A DNA stretch of 64,000 bases from Candidatus Sumerlaeaceae bacterium (GTDB lineage: Bacteria > Sumerlaeota > Sumerlaeia > Sumerlaeales > Sumerlaeaceae), in the NCBI GenBank assembly GCA_049968255.1, contig JBMFRB010000004.1, positions 128,001 through 192,000 on the forward strand, written 5' to 3'. The notes beneath the pieces were generated by a model. The model was not told where the DNA came from, did not search any database, and saw only the letters and a program-made list of their open reading frames with translations. Within the stretch, counting starts at the first letter, position 1. Each line of letters starts with the position of its first letter. Positions 11,557 through 22,229 of the stretch are shown in pieces. A program made the position numbers and the translations under genes.

Positions 11557-12963
11557 CTATTTCCCGATACAAAACCGAGAAAAGATGCGATCGAGAATTT
11601 CCTCACCTGTTCCCAGTCCAACAATTGCCCCAAGCTCGGCAATTGCCTCTTGTAATTCTAAAGAGATAAACTCGGGCGGCATTCCTCGTGATAACCCATC
11701 GAGCGCCCGTTTGAGTGCCTCGCTGGCTCGACCTAAGCAATTGGCATGGCGCAAATTAGTGATGCAGACCTCTTGGGCCGCTGGTTCTGCGCCGATTAAA
11801 CGTTCGCGAATGAGTTTTTCGAGTGCGTCTAACCCTATTCGCAGTGTGCAAGAGATCCGAACCACGGGGAAGTCTTGTTGCGCGAATTCCCTTTCGAGCT
11901 CCGTGACAGCGTCCTGCGGAGCCACATCAATCTTATTCAGAGCCACGATCAGTCGCTCGCGATAATTTGCGATTGGAGGCAAGCACTCAAACGCCTCCAA
12001 CACGCTGGGTACTGAACAGTCTATCACCCACACCACAACGTCCGCGTGCGAGACCTCCTGCCGTGACCGCTCGATACCGAGGGCCTCAATCTCGTCCTGG
12101 GTATCGCGAAGCCCGGCGGTATCCACGAGTGTAATGGGTAGATCCATCAAATCCACGGTGCTCTCGATCGTGTCGCGTGTGGTTCCTGGATGCGGTGTCA
12201 CAATAGCTCGCTCGCGGCCAACCAGCGCATTGAACAGACTGGACTTGCCAGCATTGGGGGCACCCACGAGTGCGACCCGTGCTCCTTCCACAGCCACTTG
12301 CCCCACTCGGAATGTCTTCAAAAGTCGGGAAATCTCCGACTCCACTCGCTGGAGCATCTCCGTATGTTTCTCGAGCGCGGGAAAAGGGATGTCTTCCTCA
12401 GGAAAATCAATCCACGCTTCTAACTCAGCTGTTGCGTCAAGTAACTCCTCGCGGAGCTCATGGATTGCTCGGGAAAGTCCGCCCTCGAGCTGGCGTAGGG
12501 CAAGCCGGTGCGAGAGCTTCGTTTGAGCCGCTACGAGATTGGCCACAGCTTCAGCTTGTGCCAGGTCGAGTCGCCCGTTGAAAAACGCGCGCTGCGTGAA
12601 CTCACCTGGCCGCGCTAGCCGTGCCCCCTTTTCCACGCATGCACCAACGACGCTCTGCACGATGATTGGGCTTCCGTGCAGGTGAAACTCGACAACATCC
12701 TCACCCGTGAAGCTGCGCGGTGCACGCATGACAGTCGCCAGACAGTCATCGAGAATCTCTCCACTCGGCGAAACAATACACCCTCGATATAAACGATGCG
12801 ACTCGAACTCTGAGACGCGTCTGTTCCCCGCTGGTCGAAATAAAGCTTCGCCTATAGCCACCGCTTGCGGGCCGCTAAGGCGGACAATCGCCACAGCCGC
12901 CCGAGTGCTGCCCGTCGCAGGCGCAACTATCGTATCATTCTCCAATGAAAACGCGTTGCTCAT
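11557..12963 (-). CDS. mnmE: tRNA modification GTPase MnmE (TrmE)
   Basis: DTIVAPAT, SFTGEDVVEFHLHG, GAPNAGKSS, GTTRD, DTAG, NKID, C-terminal FSRFCIGK. Confidence 0.97.
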   Translation of the reverse strand: MSNAFSLENDTIVAPATGSTRAAVAIVRLSGPQAVAIGEALFRPAGNRRVSEFESHRLYRGCIVSPSGEILDDCLATVMRAPRSFTGEDVVEFHLHGSPIIVQSVVGACVEKGARLARPGEFTQRAFFNGRLDLAQAEAVANLVAAQTKLSHRLALRQLEGGLSRAIHELREELLDATAELEAWIDFPEEDIPFPALEKHTEMLQRVESEISRLLKTFRVGQVAVEGARVALVGAPNAGKSSLFNALVGRERAIVTPHPGTTRDTIESTVDLMDLPITLVDTAGLRDTQDEIEALGIERSRQEVSHADVVVWVIDCSVPSVLEAFECLPPIANYRERLIVALNKIDVAPQDAVTELEREFAQQDFPVVRISCTLRIGLDALEKLIRERLIGAEPAAQEVCITNLRHANCLGRASEALKRALDGLSRGMPPEFISLELQEAIAELGAIVGLGTGEEILDRIFSRFCIGK

Positions 12964-13140
12964 CAAATACCCTTGTTGTGATGTGACCTTGTTTTTTTGC
13001 ATCGCAAAACTGAAAATCCCGCACAACGGGGAAAAAGCCGATAAAGCCCGGATACCTCAGAGCGAACGCTTGCCTTTGTCCGTAGTGATGAGTGCAGTAT
13101 ATTTCGAATGTAACCAAACAATAGCAAGCTAAGGTGCGCA

Positions 13141-13983
13141 ATGAGCGAATTGCTAAAAGTGTGGACGCAACCCGAACTGAGTGAGCACTTTCAACGGGCG
13201 GGGCTGGCAGCGGGCGACGCCGTGATTCTCCACTCTTCGCTAAAAAGGTTAGGGCAAGTCCAAGGAGGAGCTGAAACAGTGGTGGAAGCACTCCTCGACG
13301 TCATTGGACCTCAAGGCCATCTGCTTGTCCCCACTTTCACTTACTGTCTCCCCCTCTGGAACATCCCGCCGTTTGATATCGACGCGACAAAATCGCGTGT
13401 CGGCGTAATCACAGAAACAATCCGCCTGCGGCCTGACGCTGTGCGCAGCTTTCATCCCACACATTCGGTTGCGGTGATCGGACCAGACAAAGAAGCTCTC
13501 ACGCGGAATCATCTCCACGCAACCCCTCTCGGCGTGGATTGCCCGTTTGACCGCATGCGAAAGTATGGAGCCAAAATACTCATGCTCGGCACCACACAGG
13601 ATACAAACTCCTCGCTCCATCTGTGCGAGGTGCTGGCCAAGTTGCCCTACATCCACGTCACCTTCAGCGATAACCAAAATTTCGAGCTTGCTTGGTTCAT
13701 AAACGAGGAACAACAAGTCGAGTATGTGCCGATCTATGAAGTTCCCGGCTGCTCACGCGGCTTTCGTGTTGTCGAGGAACCTTTGCGACGTGCAGGCGTA
13801 CTGCGCGATGTCGTCGTCGGATATGCTCCGTCACAACTCCTCCTGCTCAACGATCTTATCGAAGCCATGAATGAGCTGCTGACGGCGAACCCAACCCTTC
13901 TGCTGTGTCGCAACGAGCAGTGCACAATTTGCTCGAAACGAAGAGCGTATATGAGAGAGATAGCCGGCCCAGCTGACAGCTGA
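13141..13983 (+). CDS. AAC(3)/YokD-family N-acetyltransferase
   Basis: ILHSSLKRLG.V.GGAETVV, LLVPTFT, RSFHPTHS, KILMLG...NSSLHLCE. Confidence 0.88.
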   Translation: MSELLKVWTQPELSEHFQRAGLAAGDAVILHSSLKRLGQVQGGAETVVEALLDVIGPQGHLLVPTFTYCLPLWNIPPFDIDATKSRVGVITETIRLRPDAVRSFHPTHSVAVIGPDKEALTRNHLHATPLGVDCPFDRMRKYGAKILMLGTTQDTNSSLHLCEVLAKLPYIHVTFSDNQNFELAWFINEEQQVEYVPIYEVPGCSRGFRVVEEPLRRAGVLRDVVVGYAPSQLLLLNDLIEAMNELLTANPTLLLCRNEQCTICSKRRAYMREIAGPADS

Positions 13984-14014
13984 CCATCACTCCGGCCAGA
14001 ACTGTAAAGGGAGC

Positions 14015-15289
14015 TTGTGCGAATTGGACAGATCAAAGAATCGCACCCTTTTCACAAATGCTGACGCTAGCTACATGCGTCGCGCTCTTGAGCTCGCTGC
14101 GCGCGGGCACGGACAAACCGCGCCTAACCCCATGGTAGGCGCGATTATCGTAAAAAATAATCAAATCATCGGCGAAGGATGGCATCGCGCTGCAGGCCTA
14201 CCGCACGCTGAAATTGAGGCTATTTCTAGCGCAGAGGAAGATGTCGAAGGCGCAACTCTCTACGTCACCCTCGAACCGTGTTGCCATCATGGCAAGACTC
14301 CTCCGTGCACAGACGAACTCATTGCCCGACGTTTTGCGCGCATTGTCGTTGCAACTCTAGACCCCAACCCCTTGGTTGCCGGCAAAGGGATCGAAGCGTT
14401 GCGCTCGGCCGGAATTCGTGTGGATGTGGGCCTTTGCGAGGCTGAGGCACGCCGCCTCAATGAGTTTTTTTTCACCTATCATGAGAAAAAACGCCCCTTT
14501 TTGATCTGCAAGTGGGCAATGACACTCGACGGCAAGATTGCCACCGAGAGTGGCCACTCGCGTTGGATCACCAACGAACTCAGTCGCGCCTTCGTCCATG
14601 AGCTTCGCGCACAAGTTGACGGAGTGATGGTCGGCGTCGGTACCGTTCTCACGGACAACCCCCTTCTCACCGTCCGACTTGAAGGCTATGCAGGGCGCCA
14701 GCCGTATCGCATTATCGCCGATGGCAATCTTCGCATACCCCTGCGGGCCAAGTGTTTGACGTTATCAAAAAAAGGGGAAGTCATCATCTGCACCAGCAGC
14801 ATGGCACCTCAGGATAAAGTTGCCAAACTGCGTGCCATGGGCCACGAGGTGATTGTGTTTCCTGGCAAAGCACTTCTCGATTTTCACGAGGTCATGGCTG
14901 AGCTGGCGCGACGGGGAATTCAATCCATTCTCTGCGAAGGCGGCAGCGGCCTGACAGGTGCACTCTTTCAGGCGCAGCTCGTCGACAAGATCATTGCCTT
15001 CGTGGCTCCGAAAATCGTTGGCGGCCTCAACGCCAAAACACCCATCGCGTCCTGGGGGGTCATGCACATGGACGCCGCCATCGATTTGCACGACGTCGTC
15101 ATTCGACGCTTTGGCTCCGATGTATGCGTTGAAGGCTACATCGCTCCGGCTGAATGGCATAAGGTCCCGGCAAAGCGTCATCCCTCCTCCTCAGCATTAT
15201 TGCCGCCCGCACCGCCGAGTGAAATGGTTGAGCCCGAGTCGAAAACGGCACGCCTGTCCAAACATGCATCGCCTGAGGTGGAGCAATGA
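14015..15289 (+). CDS. ribD: Bifunctional riboflavin biosynthesis deaminase/reductase
   Basis: [38 protein letters not shown]. Confidence 0.96.
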   Translation: MCELDRSKNRTLFTNADASYMRRALELAARGHGQTAPNPMVGAIIVKNNQIIGEGWHRAAGLPHAEIEAISSAEEDVEGATLYVTLEPCCHHGKTPPCTDELIARRFARIVVATLDPNPLVAGKGIEALRSAGIRVDVGLCEAEARRLNEFFFTYHEKKRPFLICKWAMTLDGKIATESGHSRWITNELSRAFVHELRAQVDGVMVGVGTVLTDNPLLTVRLEGYAGRQPYRIIADGNLRIPLRAKCLTLSKKGEVIICTSSMAPQDKVAKLRAMGHEVIVFPGKALLDFHEVMAELARRGIQSILCEGGSGLTGALFQAQLVDKIIAFVAPKIVGGLNAKTPIASWGVMHMDAAIDLHDVVIRRFGSDVCVEGYIAPAEWHKVPAKRHPSSSALLPPAPPSEMVEPESKTARLSKHASPEVEQ

Positions 15290-15897
15290 AACGAATGCTT
15301 TTGGGGATTGCCGGCGGAAGTGGATCCGGCAAGACCCTTGTTGCCAAGTCCATTGGCGAAGCAGTCGGCCGCCAGGTGGTTGTCATTGGGCAGGATTCTT
15401 ATTACCTCGATCACTCAGAGCTACCCGTCGAGGAACGGGCCAAGATCAATTACGATCACCCCGATGCGTTCGACACACCGCTGCTCGTCGAACACCTTAG
15501 TAAACTTCGGCGCGGCGAACCGATCGCGATGCCCATCTACAATTATGCCATGCATGCACGGCTCAACGAGACGATCCGTGTTGAGCCAGCGCCCATCATC
15601 ATCGTCGAAGGCATTCTTGTGTTGGCTATTCCCGCCATTCGCGAGCTTCTCGACGTGAAAATTTTCGTGGATACGGATGCCGACGTGCGTTTTATCCGAC
15701 GGCTCTCGCGCGATGTCAAAGAACGTGGCCGATCGCTCCAATCCGTCGTTGATCAATATCTCAACGTGGTGCGCCTCATGCACTTAGAATTTGTCGAGCC
15801 GTCAAAGCGCTATGCTGACATCATCGTGCCTGAGGGTGGTTACAACAAGGTGGCTATTGATTTTATTGTCACCAAGCTCAAGACGCTTCTCGACTGA
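15286..15897 (+). CDS. udk: Uridine kinase
   Basis: [40 protein letters not shown]; ATGA overlap with ribD. Confidence 0.96.
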   Translation: MKRMLLGIAGGSGSGKTLVAKSIGEAVGRQVVVIGQDSYYLDHSELPVEERAKINYDHPDAFDTPLLVEHLSKLRRGEPIAMPIYNYAMHARLNETIRVEPAPIIIVEGILVLAIPAIRELLDVKIFVDTDADVRFIRRLSRDVKERGRSLQSVVDQYLNVVRLMHLEFVEPSKRYADIIVPEGGYNKVAIDFIVTKLKTLLD

Positions 15898-16047
15898 CCA
15901 CGGGAGGACGTTGGAGGACAATGCTGAAAAATCTCGCTGCTCTCGCAAGCGTGTTCGTTATTCCCCTGGCGCTTTATCTTGGGTGGAACAAGCACTACCT
16001 CGCGGCCTGGCTGCTCATGCTTGCCTACGCGGCGGCGCTTGGCTATC

Positions 16048-17118
16048 TTAGTTTTGAGGATAGGTCACGTCGCTAGGGGTGGATAGGGCGCTAGCCTCCT
16101 CCTCCGCCTGGCGGCTAGGTAGGGTCTCATCCAGCACAGCTCGCCGGATTTGCCAGAATTGATAATCCAACGTATCAACTAAGTATTCGCGATAAGCGCG
16201 ATGAAAAAACTCTCTGGCCTTGGCTCGCTGCTGATGTGCGAGACACAGGACCCCTAAATAGTAATTTGTCCCGAAATCCTCGGGGCCAATCATCAGCACA
16301 CGCTCGAAGCAATCCAGTGCCTCATCGTATCGGCCAAGCCGAGCATTGCAGCGTCCACGCACCGCAAGCACAGGGTCTTCGGATTGGTCTACTGGCGGAA
16401 TTCTGTCGAGAAACGACAACGCTGTTTCGTAGGCACAAAGCATCTCGCAGGCTACGGCACACGCGAACAAATCACCTGCATCAAGCCCCCCCTGCATGGG
16501 CTCCGCCTGCATGAGTGCTAAAAAACGCTCGTACTCCTTCGCGCGAAAAGCCCGCACCGCAGCACGCCGCAAAGCCAAGCGCGAGCGTCGCCCTTCCGTT
16601 GGTAGCAGACGCTCATCGTTGGGCAGGATAGCGGGCCGTGGTGCGAAGAAACGCCCGGCCTCGAGCCATTGATCCTCCACCCACTCTGTGATGCGGACGA
16701 GAAAACCGCGGTTGGTCGCGAAACCATGGCGCTCGAAATACATGCGTCCTAAATCTTGTGCGCCTGAGGCAAATTGAGCTAGCGCCCAGTAGGACCCCAC
16801 AACTTCATTGCGCGGCGCTAGCTCTTTAGCTCTGCTCCAGAGTGCCGTTGCTTTCTCCCACTGCGCTGCATCCCATGCTGCTATACCAGCAAACAAATAA
16901 GCGGGCACAAAATCGGTGTGCTTCGCAATGAGCTTATCGAGAAGCTCAAGCGCTTGCGATGAGTGCCCCGCCTCATTCAGAATCACTGCGCGTTGCAATG
17001 GTAGCCGCGGATCAGCGCTTCGCTGCTCGGTCGATAACAACAATTGGCAAGCCTCCTGCCACTGGCCGAGGACAACCAGTTTGCTAGCTTTTCTGAGGGC
17101 GTAACTTGACATCGCCAT
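16048..17118 (-). CDS. Tetratricopeptide-repeat protein
   Basis: TPR-like helical repeats, e.g. RGRCNARLGRYDEALDCFERVL and YYLGVLCLAHQQRAKAREFFHRA. Confidence 0.75.
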   Translation of the reverse strand: MAMSSYALRKASKLVVLGQWQEACQLLLSTEQRSADPRLPLQRAVILNEAGHSSQALELLDKLIAKHTDFVPAYLFAGIAAWDAAQWEKATALWSRAKELAPRNEVVGSYWALAQFASGAQDLGRMYFERHGFATNRGFLVRITEWVEDQWLEAGRFFAPRPAILPNDERLLPTEGRRSRLALRRAAVRAFRAKEYERFLALMQAEPMQGGLDAGDLFACAVACEMLCAYETALSFLDRIPPVDQSEDPVLAVRGRCNARLGRYDEALDCFERVLMIGPEDFGTNYYLGVLCLAHQQRAKAREFFHRAYREYLVDTLDYQFWQIRRAVLDETLPSRQAEEEASALSTPSDVTYPQN

Positions 17119-17162
17119 CTCTTTGCTTGCGTATGACTTCCTGTGACAAGGGAATTGCATCA

Positions 17163-17459
17163 ATGGATATCGCGCGCATTATAGGCACAATTGTGGCGAC
17201 GCGGAAAGTTCCTTCACTCGAAGGGGTGACCATCTGCGTCATCCAGCCACTTAATGCGCAGTTGCGCGAGGTTGGTCAGCCACTGATTGCCACCGATGCC
17301 ACATCACGCCATGGCATTGGCGAAATTGTTTATTACGTCGCCAGCGGAGATGCGGTTTTTACAGGACTGCAGGGACAAGATATTCCTGTAGACGCTGCAA
17401 TCGTCGGAATTGTGGATTCGTTAGATGTGCCGGAGAACTTGGAGCAACTGGAATTTTAG
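17163..17459 (+). CDS. Bacterial microcompartment vertex (BMC-P) protein, EutN/CcmL family
   Basis: MDIARIIGTIVATRK...L.G...GIGEIV...PVDAAIVGIVD. Confidence 0.92.
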   Translation: MDIARIIGTIVATRKVPSLEGVTICVIQPLNAQLREVGQPLIATDATSRHGIGEIVYYVASGDAVFTGLQGQDIPVDAAIVGIVDSLDVPENLEQLEF

Positions 17460-18835
17460 CGACTTTGTTTTTCAGGTTCTTTTTCCGTGCCCTTGCTGCC
17501 ACCTACCAGCAATCGAGGCACTTCGAAAAGATTGTTTCGCGCGAGCGTGACGATTGTCACCGGCGCCTGCCGCGGAATCATGCGCGTGGCATATTGCACG
17601 ACGAGCCCGAAATTCCACGCTGTGCCCACCGCAAAAATTAGGAAAACAAGCCATGCCCATTTTCGCTCGAGCCGTGCCACGACCGCTGCCACGCCTATGG
17701 CCAGGGAAGGCAAGGTGCTGATAAACATTCGCTGGCCGAAGCTAGCGCCCGCCCACCAAATGCTCCAACTCCCGACAACCCACCCCTGAGCTGCAAAACC
17801 TGCGGCTGCGTAAAGCCGCGGTTTCCGCGGCACCGATCGCAATGCAAACCCAATGAGGCCGAGCAAAAGAACTGGGTGCCAATGAAACAATCCATGGAAC
17901 GGACTAAACAGCGCCGACAACACGTGCCTCGGATAAAACAAATCCACCTGCCCCTGTGAGAGATACCCTCTAGGGCCACTAAAGGCTGAGCCATGAAGGA
18001 CTTTCCATGCTGCGAGTTGAAGCAAGCACACGCTAAAAAAGCAGCCACCACAGGCGGCCCATCGCTTGGCTCTGCGCAGAAGAGACATCCAAATTCGTCG
18101 GTCCCACCCACAGTGGCGCGCGAGCTCAAGTAGCCGCCAAATTTCAGCCAGTGCAATCGGGAGCAACAAGATTCCGTCCTGAAACCGAGTCAGCGTGAGA
18201 AGTCCAGCCACTGCGCCCATGCCCAACCATTTACTGGCAGAATCGGGGCCCCGCCAGTAGAGATAACTGATAAGCACTGACAAGAAGAAGCTGTTGGCAT
18301 GGCTCATCGAAGGATGCAGGTACATGTAAAAAAACAACGGTGTCGCCAGCCACGTGATGAGCACTGTCCAGAAAGCCGTTTGCCGGCTCACCCATTTTCG
18401 AAGAAGGACGTAGAGCAAGAAAAGGCCGAGGCTTGCGTATGTTGCGGATGCATAGCCAACGGCGCATTCGTAGAGCCGCGAATACCCATCGAGCGTCACC
18501 TCCACGCCGAACTTACGCAGGACACTCGCTCCGCTATGGAAAGCGAGGACCCAAGGCGCCCACAGCACTGAGCTGCCGACCCCATAGAGGTTAATGGGTC
18601 GTCCCGTGATCGAATCACGCGGAATCAGTTTGTTGTCAAACCACTCCGCGGAATTCGAAAAATAATGAGTGTATTCATTCGTAAAATCGAGGTCACCATC
18701 GATCAAAACCGAGCGCAGATAGGCATAATTCTGCACCCCGTCGTTGCCGTGAATCGAAGGGCGTGTAACGAGCACTAATGAAAAAAGGAGCAGAAAAACC
18801 AGCCAACGCGTTTCGCGGACTGCCCACTCCCTCAC
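17456..18835 (-). CDS. Polytopic membrane glycosyltransferase (GT-C fold, PMT/ArnT-like)
   Basis: Many TM segments; NDGVQNYAYLRSVLIDGDLDF, PSMSHANSFF, WWAGASFGQR; start approximate. Confidence 0.7.
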   Translation of the reverse strand: MREWAVRETRWLVFLLLFSLVLVTRPSIHGNDGVQNYAYLRSVLIDGDLDFTNEYTHYFSNSAEWFDNKLIPRDSITGRPINLYGVGSSVLWAPWVLAFHSGASVLRKFGVEVTLDGYSRLYECAVGYASATYASLGLFLLYVLLRKWVSRQTAFWTVLITWLATPLFFYMYLHPSMSHANSFFLSVLISYLYWRGPDSASKWLGMGAVAGLLTLTRFQDGILLLPIALAEIWRLLELARHCGWDRRIWMSLLRRAKRWAACGGCFFSVCLLQLAAWKVLHGSAFSGPRGYLSQGQVDLFYPRHVLSALFSPFHGLFHWHPVLLLGLIGFALRSVPRKPRLYAAAGFAAQGWVVGSWSIWWAGASFGQRMFISTLPSLAIGVAAVVARLERKWAWLVFLIFAVGTAWNFGLVVQYATRMIPRQAPVTIVTLARNNLFEVPRLLVGGSKGTEKEPEKQSR

Positions 18836-18974
18836 GATGCATCTGATTCGTGTGCGGACATTCTCTGCGTTCAATTTTTCGACTACATTCTTGACTGCAA
18901 AGATAGAGAAATACGGTAAGATCGACAACGAGGACGAAAAAAACATGTGTGACAACGAGAAAGTGAAGCAAGCC

Positions 18975-20108
18975 ATGAACAAAGCCACGACAGTCTTTTC
19001 CGCCGTTTCCCTGTGTCTACTCGCGGCCGTGACCTGGGCAGTTCAACCGGCCGCTAATCGCGGAGGTGCCACCAGAATTCAAGTGACGAGCGGTTCCATG
19101 GCGTCGCGTCCAACACCCGTGAAAGTTACACCTGCACCCATGAGCAGTGCACAGCTCGAGATGCATGTGCTGCCAACTGGCTTACCGCCCAATCGTAATA
19201 ATTTGCTTTCTATCGTTTACAACGGATATCGGCGTTCGAGCCTTGAACCGTGCGGCTGCGTTTCGCACAAACTGGGCGGAATTGACCGGGAGGCAACAAT
19301 CATTGAGGCCATCACCTCCGCTGGTCTTCCCATGATCAAGCTCGACGCTGGTGGCTACGTACGCGACCTCGCAGCTCAATCCCCCACATTCCGCACAGCG
19401 ACAAAGTACCTTTTGGGCGCGCTTGCCGCACTCGACTACGACGTCTTTAATGTGGGAGCCACCGATATCGAGATCGGACGGCAATTTCTCGAAAACAGTC
19501 TCGGGGCCAAAAAGGATCGCCTGATTTCCGCAAACATTGTGGACTTGGCCACGAGTTCCCCCCTCTTTGCGCCTTACCGAATTCTCGACGTCAAACTCCG
19601 CAACGGTGAAACGGTCAAAATTGGCGTCACAGGGATCACCCGTCCTCGCATTACTATCGCCACCTTTGAGCAGGCACCCAAGGGTTATGTGGTGACCGAT
19701 CCTGTGGTGGCTTTGCGCAAAGTTCTTCCCGAACTCGACAAGAAATGCGACATTGTCATTCTTCTTGCCTACTTGAACCGCGAAGCCCTGACAAACGACG
19801 TGCTTTCGAAACTCGGTGAGGACGCAAAAGTGGACATCGCCATTGCCGGCGAATTCTCTGGGCTGCGCAACGCCATCGAAAACGCGAGCGGGATTCGGCT
19901 TGTTACCGGTGGTTTTGAGGGGCGCCAAATCGGTCACCTTGTGCTCGACATCCGAAATGGCAAAATAGCCCAAGATTTCCTCAAAATGGTGGAAATCGAA
20001 CAGACGATCTCCCCAAGGCCTGATATATCAAAGTTTATCACTAACTATTTACTCGAATTGGTAAAGAACGACGCGGGAACTTCAACTCCTGACCCGTTGC
20101 TGCGGTGA
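18975..20108 (+). CDS. Secreted UshA/5'-nucleotidase-like fold protein with a CxC motif
   Basis: Signal peptide; LEPCGC...LGGIDREAT, LDAGG, ISANIVD, KIGVTGIT, CDIVILLA. Confidence 0.75.
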   Translation: MNKATTVFSAVSLCLLAAVTWAVQPAANRGGATRIQVTSGSMASRPTPVKVTPAPMSSAQLEMHVLPTGLPPNRNNLLSIVYNGYRRSSLEPCGCVSHKLGGIDREATIIEAITSAGLPMIKLDAGGYVRDLAAQSPTFRTATKYLLGALAALDYDVFNVGATDIEIGRQFLENSLGAKKDRLISANIVDLATSSPLFAPYRILDVKLRNGETVKIGVTGITRPRITIATFEQAPKGYVVTDPVVALRKVLPELDKKCDIVILLAYLNREALTNDVLSKLGEDAKVDIAIAGEFSGLRNAIENASGIRLVTGGFEGRQIGHLVLDIRNGKIAQDFLKMVEIEQTISPRPDISKFITNYLLELVKNDAGTSTPDPLLR

Positions 20109-20332
20109 AAAAGAAGATCCCCCATCGGTAACTTAGAAAGCCAACGAAAGATCTCACTGCTGGTTTGTTAGAAAGAAAGTGGAGCACGAGATGGGTATCT
20201 GCGATGTGCACGTTGACACACAAAGAGAAGAAGTCGGAAAAACATTGTTTGATCTTTTCTTCTTGTCATAGACTTTTCTTTGGAACGCTCTACGACGATC
20301 TCGTTGCTGAAGCGTGAGAGGAACTTGCAATC

Positions 20333-21382
20333 ATGCCTGAATTGCGAAAAGACCCCGTAACCGGTCGGTGGGTGATCATCGCCACCGAGCGCGCGAAAAG
20401 ACCAAACCAATATAGGCGAGACGAAGAAGAACCTAAAGGTGGCTTTTGTCCGTTTTGCCCCGGCAATGAAGAGACGACCCCACCGGAGGTGCTCAGCTAT
20501 CGCCCCAAGAATAGCCTTCCAAACACCGAAGGATGGTGGGTACGCGTTGTGCCGAATAAATTTCCAGCGCTTCAGCCCGACGGCGAACTCAAGCGTTCAG
20601 CCCACGGCATCTACGATAGGATGACGGGCATCGGGCGCCATGAAGTGCTCATCGAATCGCCTAGTCACGAAAAGACCTACGCCGATCTCCCCGAAGAGCA
20701 AATCCAGGAAATACTTTGGGCCTTCCGCGATCGCGTTGTGGAGATGCGCAAAGACCGGCGGATGCGCTACATCCTCATTTTCAAAAACTGGAAGCGCGAA
20801 GCTGGCGCTTCTATCGAGCATCCCCATTCCCAACTCATCGCTCTGCCCATTGTGCCCAAGCGTGTGCAAGAAGAGCTTCACGGCGCATCGAAGTATTTCG
20901 ATTTTCGCGAACGCTGCGTCTATTGCGACATCATCCATCAAGAGCTGACCGACAATCTTCGCACGATCGTCGAAAACGATACCTTCGTCTCTTTCCTCCC
21001 CTTTGCTGGGCGTTTTCCCTTTGAAACGTGGATCGTGCCTCGCGTACACACAGCTTTTTTCTCGGACATTCAGAAAAACGAGATCATTGATTTGGCACGA
21101 ATTCTCAAGCAGACCCTGTCGCTGCTGAAGCGTGCGCTCGATGACCCGCCCTATAACTTCGTTATCCACAGCACCCCTTTCGAAACCGATGCCGGCACCG
21201 AATCGTATCACTGGCATATCGAGATCATGCCCAAACTCACCAAGGTTGCTGGCTTTGAATGGGGGAGCGGTTTTTACATCAATCCCACTCCGCCGGAGAC
21301 GGCGGCGGAATTTCTGCGTAAGCTAGCCGCAAAACCCGACGAGGCCACGGAAGGGGGGCAGGTTTTCGCAGCACTAGGCTAG
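20333..21382 (+). CDS. galT: Galactose-1-phosphate uridylyltransferase
   Basis: MPELRKDPVTGRWVIIATERAKRP, CPFCPGNE, GASIEHPHSQ, YHWHIE. Confidence 0.95.
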   Translation: MPELRKDPVTGRWVIIATERAKRPNQYRRDEEEPKGGFCPFCPGNEETTPPEVLSYRPKNSLPNTEGWWVRVVPNKFPALQPDGELKRSAHGIYDRMTGIGRHEVLIESPSHEKTYADLPEEQIQEILWAFRDRVVEMRKDRRMRYILIFKNWKREAGASIEHPHSQLIALPIVPKRVQEELHGASKYFDFRERCVYCDIIHQELTDNLRTIVENDTFVSFLPFAGRFPFETWIVPRVHTAFFSDIQKNEIIDLARILKQTLSLLKRALDDPPYNFVIHSTPFETDAGTESYHWHIEIMPKLTKVAGFEWGSGFYINPTPPETAAEFLRKLAAKPDEATEGGQVFAALG

Positions 21383-22141
21383 CTCGCAAAAAAGATCCGC
21401 GAAATTTTCGTGCAGGTAGCGATAACCCTGGGCGACAAGCTCGAGGGCTTTGTCGCCTGGATTGTCCACCTCTACGAAAAAATAACGCACTCCGCGCCGA
21501 AGAGCCGAACCAAGAATTGCACGCCAGTCAAGAACACCCGCCCCCACAATCGTGTCGCTGCCGGCCGGGCTATCAGCCAGGTCTTTGACGTGCAGAGTCG
21601 TGCATCTTGCTGGCGTTGAACTTAGAAACACCGCCGGATCTAAGCCTGCAAACTGTGCCCAATAGACGTCGAGTTGCTGCTCATAGGGCTCCGTGCTTTC
21701 AAAAAGAATGTCTACCGGACGAGTGCCCTCTTCCAAAGGCTCGAACTCTCGCGCATGATTATGATAGGCTAGCTGGAGCCCAAAATGGCGGAACTGATCT
21801 GCATAGAATCTCAGCTCTTCACGAAAGAAACGCCAACTGCCCTCTGTGTGGCCTACATTGCTCGGGGGCGCGGGAATGGTCACGTAGCGACACCCCAGCA
21901 CTTGTAACTCGCGCGCCACTTGAGAAAATTCACGACGGATTCTCTCCATCGCGACGTGGGCCGACACCGCCTGTACGGCCACGCCATCAAGCACCTGGCG
22001 CAGCTGTTGAGCGTCCAGTCCGCCGAGTCCAGCGAGCTCGACATATCTGTAGCCAATCGCGGCGACAGCTTCGATCGCCGTTGCTAGGTTACCGCCACAA
22101 GCATCTCGTACAGTGTAGAGTTGCAAGCCAACATTCGCCAT
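21374..22141 (-). CDS. Sugar phosphate isomerase/epimerase (xylose-isomerase-like TIM barrel)
   Basis: GLQLYTVRD, YHNHAREF, QLDVYW, HVKD, FVEVD. Confidence 0.88.
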   Translation of the reverse strand: MANVGLQLYTVRDACGGNLATAIEAVAAIGYRYVELAGLGGLDAQQLRQVLDGVAVQAVSAHVAMERIRREFSQVARELQVLGCRYVTIPAPPSNVGHTEGSWRFFREELRFYADQFRHFGLQLAYHNHAREFEPLEEGTRPVDILFESTEPYEQQLDVYWAQFAGLDPAVFLSSTPARCTTLHVKDLADSPAGSDTIVGAGVLDWRAILGSALRRGVRYFFVEVDNPGDKALELVAQGYRYLHENFADLFCELA

Positions 22142-22229
22142 CGCTAGAGTGCTCCTCGTCCGACCTATCACAAGAAACTTCAATCCCTGCGCTAAAATAG
22201 TTTCTATCGCGGCGCGGATTTTGCCGGTC

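Noticed and set aside
20106-20171. Selenocysteine read-through of the TGA ending the UshA-like gene
   Set aside because: The motif position already has Cys; read-through adds only about 20 unremarkable residues before a TAG
20200-20290. Promoter or operator upstream of galT (TTGACA at 20213-20218, imperfect purine/pyrimidine inverted repeats)
   Set aside because: No correctly spaced -10 and no clean palindrome; too weak to call
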